Source: Longimicrobiales bacterium (GTDB lineage: Bacteria > Gemmatimonadota > Gemmatimonadetes > Longimicrobiales > Gaopeijiaceae). From it: 64,000 nucleotides of DNA. The stretch is from positions 192,001-256,000 of the forward strand of contig OZ242008.1 of assembly GCA_965204735.1 (NCBI GenBank). The letters are read 5' to 3'. Position 1 is the first letter of the stretch. Every line of letters begins with the position of its first letter. Shown here piece after piece: positions 56,656 through 64,000 of the stretch. A model generated the notes under the pieces. That model ran no database searches. It was not told the DNA's origin and saw only the letters and a program-made list of their open reading frames with translations. The position numbers were made by a program, and so were the translations under genes.

Positions 56656-59600
56656 ATGACCCCACACTTCGTCAGAAGCCGCCTTCCACTTGAGACGAGG
56701 GGCCGAACCGCCGCCCTTCTTCTCGCAGCCGCCTTGGCCCTGCCCGGCGGCGTCCAAGCCCAGACCGGTACGATCACCGGCACGGTGACCGACGCCGCCA
56801 GCCAGCGGCCCATGAGCTCGGTCCAGGTCCACGTGGTGGGCACCGGACTTGGCACCATCACTCGGGACAACGGCCGCTACATCATCCTCAACGTCCCGGC
56901 GGGCGCCCACGTCGTTCGCGCCGTGAGCATCGGCTACGGCCAGACCGACCTCGAGGTCACCGTGTCCGCGGACGGCACGGTCCAGCAGGACTTCGCCCTC
57001 CGCGCCCAGGCCCTCGGCCTCGACGAGATCGTCGTGACCGGCACCGCCGGCGCAGCCCGTCGGCGCGAGGTGGGCAACACCGTGTCGCAGCTCAACGTGG
57101 CCCAGGACGTGGTGGAGCCCCCGACCAACGTGGACGCCCTCCTCCAGGCCAGGGTGCCCGGGATGTCGATCACCCAGAGCTCGGCCAGCGCCGGAGGCGG
57201 CGCCATGATTCGCCTGCGGGGCAACGTCTCTATGACCCAGTCGAACCAGCCCCTGATCTACGTGGACGGGGTTCGGGTCCGAAGCGAAGGCTTCGCCAAG
57301 AACGTGCCGCCGGTCGGGTACTCGGGACGCAGCAACAACGACGTGTCCAGCCCCCTCAACAGCATCAACCCGCAGGACATCGAGCGGGTCGAGGTCATCA
57401 AGGGCGCGGCGGCCACCACCCTCTACGGCACCGAAGCCTCGGCCGGGGTCATCCAGATCTTCACAAGGCGCGGCGCCGTCGGCGATGCGCGGTGGAACGC
57501 CCAGATCGAGCAGGGCGTGGCCCGCAACCTCACCTTCGGCCCCGACCCGTCGCTTCGCCCGCCGTCGGAGAACCCGACCTCGCTCTCGGGCGGACGCTCC
57601 GACTTCCTCTTCATCAACCCGTGGCTCCGCGGCCACCGGCCCAAGTGCGACGACGCCGTCGTCGTGGACGGCCAGCCCTGCGACTCCGGGCTCTTCAGCG
57701 ACATCGGCGCCCACCAGCAGAAGTACGCCGTCAACGTGGGCGGCGGCGCCGAGAACATTCAGTACTTCGTCTCCGGTTCCTACGAGAACGACGACGGCGT
57801 GCTGGTCAACGACAACGAAAAGAAGGTCATCCTCCGGGGCAACTTCACCTTCAGCCCTAGGGACAACCTGCAGTTCCAGTGGAACACGTCGTACACCAAC
57901 GACCAGCTTGCCCACACCGCGGCCGGGAACAACGCCCACGGCATGACGCTCAACACCTTCCGGCGCGACAGAAACTACCTCAACGACGAGTCGTTCAACG
58001 CCATCAACCCCTTCCTCAACCAAGAGATCACGACCCAGATCGACCACTTGATCACTGGGTTTACGGCCACTTGGTCGCCCTTCGCGAACTTCAACAACCG
58101 CATCAGCTTCGGCTACGACCTGGCCCAGCAGGACAACCGCAACTTGCGTCCCTTCGGCTTCATTCGGGCGCCCGGCGGCATTCTTTCCACGTCGCGCTAC
58201 GAGTTCAACACCCTCACGGTGGACTACGTGGCCTCGCTGGACCTGGAGCTGACCAGCGACATCCGCTCGGCCCTCTCCTTCGGCGGCCAGAGCGTCACCA
58301 CCCGCCGCGAAGTCACCACCGCGTACGGCGAGAACTTCCCGGGCCCCGGCGAGCCGGACGTGGACAACGCAGGGAGCACGCTGGGCTTCGAGGACCGGGA
58401 GAGGATCGTCAACGCCGGCTTCTTCGTTCAGAACATCTTCGACCTGTACAACAAGTACTTCATCACCGCCGGCGTGCGCGTGGACGGCAACTCGGCGTTC
58501 GGCTCCGACTTCGGCCTTCAGGCGTACCCGAAAGTGTCCGCTTCCTACGTGATCTCCGACGAAGATTTCTGGAACGCCGGCTGGGGCACGATGAAGCTCC
58601 GCACGGCCTGGGGCCAGGCCGGCCGGGCGCCGGGCGCCTTCGACGCGGTGCGGACCTTCTCGGCGGCGGGCTTCGGCAACTCCCCGGCGTTCCTGCCCAG
58701 CAACGTCGGGAACCCGGACATCGGTCCAGAGACCACCTCCGAGCTGGAGTTCGGCATGGAAGGCTCGTTCGTCGACGACCGTTTGTCGATGGACGTGACC
58801 TACTTCATGCAGAATACGTCCCAGGCCCTCTTCAGCGTCCGGCAGATACCGTCTCTCGGCTTCACCGCTTCGCAGCTGGCCAACGTGGGCGAGCTCAAGA
58901 ACAACGGGCTGGAGATGGGCGTCAACTACACCATCGTGCGCAACGACCGGTGGACGTGGGACGTGGGCACCAACCTCTCCCTCACCGACTCCGAGATCGT
59001 GTCGTTGGGAGGCAGCCCCGCGTTCAGCATCGGCGGCTCCGGATGGGTCATTGAAGGCCATCCGGCGCCCGTCATTCGGTCGGACCGCATCGCCAACCCG
59101 AACGAGCGCGCCGAGCCGATCATCGTGCAGGACAGCGTCCACGGACCCAACCAGCCCACGACGATCGCTGGGTTCAGCACCAGCGTCGGACTGCCCGGCG
59201 GCCTTCTGGTCACGGCCCGGGGCGAGTACCAGGGCGGCGCCTACATGCGCAACGGTCCCCAGGCGGCAGCGACTCGGCGCTCGGTGCGCTGGGCCGGCTG
59301 CTTCGAGGCGTACAACACGTGGGAGACCCAGGGATACGAGGCCCTCACAGCCGAAGAGCGGGGGCGTTGCGACATCAGGCTGTACCAGTCGGACTTCGCC
59401 GTGCAGCCGGCCGACTTCTTCAAGATTCGGGAGCTGAGCTTGCAAGCGCCCTTGCCCGACGGCTGGGCGAGCACAATGGGCGCTTCCCGAGCCACGGTGA
59501 CCCTCTCCGGCCGGAACTTCTTCCGGTGGGTGAGTCCCCTCATGCGGACGCTGGACCCAGAGGTCGGAGGCAACGTCGGCTTCAACACGCGCGTGCGCAG

Positions 59601-59661
59601 CATGACCGAGCACGTGCCGCCGCCGGCGTACTACACCATGTCCCTCCAGGTCGTCTTCTAG
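56656..59661 (+). CDS. SusC/RagA-family TonB-linked outer membrane protein
   Basis: Signal ..VQA|Q; LDEIVVTG; QPLIYVDG; INPQDIERVEVIKGAAATTLYG...GVIQIFT; C-terminal Phe. Confidence 0.93.
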   Translation: MTPHFVRSRLPLETRGRTAALLLAAALALPGGVQAQTGTITGTVTDAASQRPMSSVQVHVVGTGLGTITRDNGRYIILNVPAGAHVVRAVSIGYGQTDLEVTVSADGTVQQDFALRAQALGLDEIVVTGTAGAARRREVGNTVSQLNVAQDVVEPPTNVDALLQARVPGMSITQSSASAGGGAMIRLRGNVSMTQSNQPLIYVDGVRVRSEGFAKNVPPVGYSGRSNNDVSSPLNSINPQDIERVEVIKGAAATTLYGTEASAGVIQIFTRRGAVGDARWNAQIEQGVARNLTFGPDPSLRPPSENPTSLSGGRSDFLFINPWLRGHRPKCDDAVVVDGQPCDSGLFSDIGAHQQKYAVNVGGGAENIQYFVSGSYENDDGVLVNDNEKKVILRGNFTFSPRDNLQFQWNTSYTNDQLAHTAAGNNAHGMTLNTFRRDRNYLNDESFNAINPFLNQEITTQIDHLITGFTATWSPFANFNNRISFGYDLAQQDNRNLRPFGFIRAPGGILSTSRYEFNTLTVDYVASLDLELTSDIRSALSFGGQSVTTRREVTTAYGENFPGPGEPDVDNAGSTLGFEDRERIVNAGFFVQNIFDLYNKYFITAGVRVDGNSAFGSDFGLQAYPKVSASYVISDEDFWNAGWGTMKLRTAWGQAGRAPGAFDAVRTFSAAGFGNSPAFLPSNVGNPDIGPETTSELEFGMEGSFVDDRLSMDVTYFMQNTSQALFSVRQIPSLGFTASQLANVGELKNNGLEMGVNYTIVRNDRWTWDVGTNLSLTDSEIVSLGGSPAFSIGGSGWVIEGHPAPVIRSDRIANPNERAEPIIVQDSVHGPNQPTTIAGFSTSVGLPGGLLVTARGEYQGGAYMRNGPQAAATRRSVRWAGCFEAYNTWETQGYEALTAEERGRCDIRLYQSDFAVQPADFFKIRELSLQAPLPDGWASTMGASRATVTLSGRNFFRWVSPLMRTLDPEVGGNVGFNTRVRSMTEHVPPPAYYTMSLQVVF

Positions 59662-59689
59662 GAGGCCGCGACGAATGAAAGGAAGAGCG

Positions 59690-60970
59690 ATGCACACGAC
59701 TTCGGGACGGCTGGCCGGCGTCCTCGCCGTGGTCGCCGGCGGCCTGCTGGCGGCCTGCGACACCGAGGTGATCAACCCCGGACGGGTCCAGGAGCCGTTC
59801 CTCTTGGAGACGGAGGCTCAAGACGCCATCGTCAAGGGGATGGCGCGGGGCGTGGCCGAGGCCCACAACTGGATCGGCTACACCGGGGCCGCCATCACCA
59901 GGGAAATCCACCCCTCCGGCTCCACCGGCAGCTTCGGCATCCAGGTGGAGTGGCAGAACGGAGAGCTGGACTACGAGACGGTCAACACCCACTGGAACCT
60001 TGCCCAGCAGGCGCGCTGGTGGGGCAACGACGGAATCGCGAAGATCCAGGAGACCGGCCCCGAGAGCCAGGCCCTGCTGGCGGAGGCCTACCTTTGGGCC
60101 GGTTACGCCCACCGGCTGAACGGCGAGAACTTCTGTCTGTCGGTGATCGACGGCGGCTCGGCGGGGTCCCGCGGCGTCTACCTGGAGGGAGCCTTGGCCC
60201 ACTTCGACCAGGCGGCCTCACAGGGCACAGGAGACATGGCAATGGCGGCTCGCGCGGCCCGGGCGTCGGTGAAGGCGTTCCTCAACGACTGGGACGGCGC
60301 GGTTGCCGACGCCGCAGGCGTGCCGGACGACTTCGTCTGGATGCTGCCCTACTACCCGGACAAGGGCGACGCCACCAAGAACCGCATTCAGTGGGCCAGC
60401 CAAGCCGAGCCCTACAAGGCTCACACTCTGAAGTTCACCAAGTACGAAGAGACGGGCTTGAGCGAGAACAACCCGGACGGCGACCCCAGGGTGCCGTTCC
60501 GGGTTACCGACGAGACCGGCGATGCCGCCGTCCAGTGCTGCGGCCAAGTTCCGTGGTGGCCCCAGACCAAGTACGACGAGCCGGGCGCCGACATCCCGCT
60601 GTCGAAGGGCGCGGAGATGCGGCTGATCGAAGCCGAGGCCATGCTGAACAGCGGCGACTGGCAAGGAGCGCTGGCCAAGATCAACGCCGTGCGGACCGCT
60701 GCCGGCGTAGCGCCCAAGGACTTGGACAACATCACGGACGTGTGGACGGCGCTGAAGCACGAACGGGGCGTGGCCCTGTGGCTGGAAGGCCGTCGCCTGG
60801 GCGATTTCTTCCGATGGGACGCGGGCGGCACGCCGGGCGAGCTTCACGCCCTCGAAACACCTTCGGGCGACGCGAACATGGGTTCCCACCTGATCCAGCA
60901 GGACCTGTGCTTCCCCATCGCGAGAAGCGAGGTCGACACGAACCCCAACATCAGCGGGGCGACGGGCTGA
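59690..60970 (+). CDS. RagB/SusD-family lipoprotein (start 59675 or 59690)
   Basis: LAAC lipobox; EMRLIEAEA; INAVR; ERGVALWLEGRRLGD; FPIARSEVDTNPN. Confidence 0.9.
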   Translation: MHTTSGRLAGVLAVVAGGLLAACDTEVINPGRVQEPFLLETEAQDAIVKGMARGVAEAHNWIGYTGAAITREIHPSGSTGSFGIQVEWQNGELDYETVNTHWNLAQQARWWGNDGIAKIQETGPESQALLAEAYLWAGYAHRLNGENFCLSVIDGGSAGSRGVYLEGALAHFDQAASQGTGDMAMAARAARASVKAFLNDWDGAVADAAGVPDDFVWMLPYYPDKGDATKNRIQWASQAEPYKAHTLKFTKYEETGLSENNPDGDPRVPFRVTDETGDAAVQCCGQVPWWPQTKYDEPGADIPLSKGAEMRLIEAEAMLNSGDWQGALAKINAVRTAAGVAPKDLDNITDVWTALKHERGVALWLEGRRLGDFFRWDAGGTPGELHALETPSGDANMGSHLIQQDLCFPIARSEVDTNPNISGATG

Positions 60971-60995
60971 TCCAGGGTCCCCTTCGGCAGCAGAC

Positions 60996-61043
60996 CACGA
61001 GCCCGGGTCGGTCGCGAGAGGCCGACCCGGGCTCGTGCGCTTT
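60996..61043 (+). terminator. Probable intrinsic terminator
   Basis: Stem cacgagcccgggtcgg / ccgacccgggctcgtg after the susD-like gene; short T tract. Confidence 0.7.
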
Positions 61044-61111
61044 CCGGGTGCTCGGCCCGATTACGGTAATCGCATTTGCCATTTGGTCGTCCATATGTAA
61101 AAAATGCAGCT

Positions 61112-61760
61112 ATGATTCCGCGCCCTCTTTGGCTTGACCGCATCCAGCGCGCCTGGTCGGCCGGAAGGCGTCGGTTCACCTGTGTCCCGTCTTGTGGGAG
61201 GAGTGCGCCGGAGGCTTCGGCGCCGGTCGAGGGGGCGCAGGCGAGGAAGGCCGCGCGACCGCCGCCGACAACTCCCCGTCGGTGGTCGCCCTCGACCGAC
61301 GCCTCCTCCACGGCGGGCTGCCCGAAGTGCTCTTGGCCGAGCACCGTCCTTCGAGTCCTTCAGCGAGTGGATCGACAGCTTCTACGCACGCGACATCCTG
61401 GAGCTCTTCGCCATCCGCAACCGGCAAGGCTTCCTCGCCCTCCTTCGACTGCTTCTGCGTCGCAGCGGCGGCCAGCTCAGCTACGGTCACTTGGCCAGCC
61501 TGACGAAGACGAGCCGCCCCACGATCAAGTCCTACCTCGACGCGCTGGAAGTTGCCCACGCGGTGCACCGCCTGCGCCCCTTCAGCGGCGGAGGCTCCCG
61601 GGAAATCGTTCGGCGCCCCAAGTGCTACGCCTTCGACACCGGATTCGTCGCCTTCGAACGGGGCTGGCGCAACATCCGTCCCGACGACCGGGGCGTGCTG
61701 TGGGAGCATCTGGTCCTGGACACGCTTCGAGTCCGCCACTTGGACGAGAACGTTTGCTGC
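61112..61760 (+). pseudogene. AAA_14/DUF4143 ATP-binding protein remnant
   Basis: Fragments in three frames: MIPRPLWLDRIQRAW; LLHGGLPEVLL; EWIDSFYARDI...RPKCYAFDTG...LWEHLV. Walker A region absent. Confidence 0.8.
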
Positions 61761-61932
61761 CGAACCCTACCAGCTGCGCCGAGGCGGCCTCGTCTTCACG
61801 GCGTGCGTCCCCAGCGCCGTCCCCGGCGACCCGTCGGTGGTGGCGAGCCCTGCCGCGTCCCGGGTTCTCCAGGGCGAATGACGGGGGCGCGCGTCCGACG
61901 AGCGGCGCCGCCGCGGCCGCCGCCGGCGCCGG

Positions 61933-62325
61933 TCACACGGTGCTCTGGAACACTCCTCGACCAATCGCCAAGATTCCCATCGCCATGAACGCCAGCGCCA
62001 AGAGCGCCCCGACCAAGTGGGGTCCGTAGCTCTTGGCCTCCGGCGGGCGCCGCTTGACCACCGAGCTGGTGACCTGGGCCACCGCCGCCGCGGCCAGCAT
62101 CGCGAAGAAGTGGCCCACGAGCTGGGTGTGGAACGGCCGGGTGAAGAGGACGGCCGCGCCGATCAGAATCTGCAGGTGGATCAGCCCCGCAAAGACGGAG
62201 GCCAGCCGGGCCACCGCCTGGGAGTACTCCCGCTTGCCCAGCACTCCGACGGCGGCGTAGAGAACCACGAAGAGCCCTCCCGCGAGGACCAGGAAGCGGA
62301 GGCCGGAGTGGGCTGCGAAGAGCAT
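61933..62325 (-). CDS. Small 4-TM hypothetical membrane protein
   Basis: HSGLRFLVL, HLQILIG, four hydrophobic helices. Confidence 0.72.
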   Translation of the reverse strand: MLFAAHSGLRFLVLAGGLFVVLYAAVGVLGKREYSQAVARLASVFAGLIHLQILIGAAVLFTRPFHTQLVGHFFAMLAAAAVAQVTSSVVKRRPPEAKSYGPHLVGALLALAFMAMGILAIGRGVFQSTV

Positions 62326-62374
62326 GGCGGATGGATTCCGATGAAGGCGAGGGACCGACGGGGCCGCCCCAAAG

Positions 62375-63697
62375 CTAACCCCTGTCGCATACCTCCCGGC
62401 GACTTCCGATGTGCTCGATCAGGGCTTCCGCCGCCCAGCGGTGGCCGTCGGCGTTCCAATGCCCGTCGTGAGCCCACTGGGCGTCCTCGAGCGCGGCCCC
62501 CTGCCGAAGGACGTAGTCGGCTTGGTCCACCACCGGGACGTCGACCGCCGCGGCGATCTCGCTCACCCGCGCGAACACCTTGCCGCCCATCTGCCGAACC
62601 GCGTGCGAGGCCAGGAGAACCAGCTCGGTGCCGTCCCGGTCGGCCCGCGCCTTGAACTCCTCCAGCGCGAACGACGTGTACTCCAAGGCGTCCAGGAAGA
62701 CCTCCGGCAACTCCTCCTGGGCGAACGTCTTCTCGATCTCCAGCCATCCCGTGGGGCGCCATCCTGCGAGCAGCTCGGCGTAGCGAGGGTCCTCCCGCAG
62801 CAGCTCGCCGCGCGCCTGGGAGCCTGGGAACCACTCGGAGGGTCCGGCGAAGTGCTCCGACGGCGGACGCCACGGATTCCTTCGGGCAAGCCAGCGCGCC
62901 GAGTACGAGAACCGACCAGCTTGCCAAGCGCGACCGATCCAAGAACTCGACGCGGAAGGCACGCGCAGCCGGCGTCGCCTGTGATCGGAACTCGGCGGCC
63001 GCAGCGTCAGTTCTCCGTCCGGTGTTCTCGTCGCGCCCAAGTCCCGAAGGTGTTCCGGGTCGTCCGCCGTGCGCATCGACCGGAAGAGTGGGTAGTTGTT
63101 CGAGAAGTCGTTGGGCACGAACACCAGCACCACCAGCTTGGGCCGCAAGTGCCGAGCGTACTCGTCGTAGTAGGCCAGCTGCTGGAGTTGGCCGGTAGCC
63201 GAGTACCCGAACGCCGAGGTGGTGATCCCCAGGCGGGGCAGCGCATGGGACGCCATTTCCTCCAAGCGGACCTGCAGCTTGTCGGCGATGGCCACCTCTC
63301 GGGCTTCCACGAAGGAATCGCCGATCACCGCGACGTGGCAGGCGGTGGAAGCGGCCGCCGGGCTCGGGGGCTCGCGGTCGATGAACCCGAGGCTGTTGGT
63401 GCGGGAAACGACCCAGTAGTCGAAGCCGTTCGTGTAGCGAACCTCTTCGCTGGGAACGTAGAGCGGCCCCACCCCCGGAACGTGGCGCCGTGGCGGCAAG
63501 ACGGATTCCAGGAACGGCGCTCGCGCCCGCAGGACCACTTCTGCCGCCGCCGCCGTCAGCGCCGCTCCCGCGACGACAAGCACACCGTTCCACGCCAGCA
63601 CGCGGGCCCACGTCAGCGCGCGCCGCCGACGCAAAGAAGGCTCTTCCGCCCCGCGAGGGCGGCGGCGGAAGCGGAGACCCGACCGAGCGAAGGGCAT
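62375..63697 (-). CDS. Membrane-anchored SGNH/GDSL hydrolase-like protein
   Basis: N-terminal TM; TNSLGF; IGDSFVEA; PNDF; DGHWNADGH. Confidence 0.82.
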   Translation of the reverse strand: MPFARSGLRFRRRPRGAEEPSLRRRRALTWARVLAWNGVLVVAGAALTAAAAEVVLRARAPFLESVLPPRRHVPGVGPLYVPSEEVRYTNGFDYWVVSRTNSLGFIDREPPSPAAASTACHVAVIGDSFVEAREVAIADKLQVRLEEMASHALPRLGITTSAFGYSATGQLQQLAYYDEYARHLRPKLVVLVFVPNDFSNNYPLFRSMRTADDPEHLRDLGATRTPDGELTLRPPSSDHRRRRLRVPSASSSWIGRAWQAGRFSYSARWLARRNPWRPPSEHFAGPSEWFPGSQARGELLREDPRYAELLAGWRPTGWLEIEKTFAQEELPEVFLDALEYTSFALEEFKARADRDGTELVLLASHAVRQMGGKVFARVSEIAAAVDVPVVDQADYVLRQGAALEDAQWAHDGHWNADGHRWAAEALIEHIGSRREVCDRG

Positions 63698-63969
63698 GGG
63701 CGTAAGGGGGTTCGCGAGCGACGCGGTAAACGAGGCAGAGGCACGCAACGGCTGCTGCCCGTTAGCTTGCGGCTCCTGGAAAGCTGGGGCAAATCGTTCG
63801 CGGACGCCGGCGGCTCGGGACATTCTTACCGAGATCGAGCCGCTGTAAGGGCGTCGGCGGCGGGCCGGGGCCCCTCCTCGGGAAGGCCGTTCGCGCTCTC
63901 GGCCGGCTGCGACGCGGCCCAAGGTCCTTCGCCTTGCTCCCCCTCGGCCCTCCGCCGTACCCTCTTGCC

Positions 63970-64000
63970 ATGTTCAAGACCGGCTACATCCTCAGCCCCA
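63970..64000 (+). CDS. Possible 5' end of a gene (MFKTGYILSP...)
   Basis: ATG followed by GC3-rich codons at the window edge; too short to identify. Confidence 0.3.
   Translation, partial: MFKTGYILSP

Noticed and set aside
52867..59775. 2302-aa minus-strand ORF
   Set aside because: Antisense shadow of the DUF499 and SusC genes in high-GC DNA; no motifs.
56656..60970. SusC/SusD pair as a novel system
   Set aside because: Ordinary uptake pair with no adjacent enzymes to suggest a substrate.
1..64000. tRNA, rRNA or riboswitch genes
   Set aside because: None recognised by eye in the intergenic regions; a covariance-model search would be needed to exclude them.

Overview
A very GC-rich bacterial window. 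The gene set (many 6-bladed beta-propeller lipoproteins, SusC/SusD, an Rpn protein, a eukaryote-like sterol reductase) suggests Gemmatimonadota, possibly a host-associated lineage; this assignment is inference. Housekeeping genes include hydantoinase A, trpE, an M20 dipeptidase, a TPP E1-alpha subunit, ctaA, acyl-CoA dehydrogenase, a patatin and an octaheme-TPR protein. Two accessory systems stand out. (1) A dispersed export/effector regulon built on an unusual ECF-sigma + AraC-like regulator, present once as a fused gene (30230-31633) and once split by a single in-frame TAG (2444-3754). Each copy is followed by its own conserved ECF-like promoter box, and each box recurs in front of remote cargo. 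The cargo comprises five beta-propeller paralogs and a tandemly duplicated, internally swapped cassette (about 22.1-29.1 kb) encoding exported partner proteins, Cys-stapled hydrophobic secreted peptides and a small membrane protein. Cargo blocks are bounded by duplicated host sequence. (2) A 16-kb defence island: a HTH-SNF2-DUF3883 helicase (frameshifted), a DUF1156 adenine methyltransferase and a DUF499 ATPase. A GHKL-ATPase/nuclease + C5 methyltransferase pair and an ABC-ATPase + MAD4-like pair are nested between these genes. The window also holds a complete IS1634-family element inserted at the sterol reductase stop codon and several gene remnants. All calls come from motif reading only; no searches were run.
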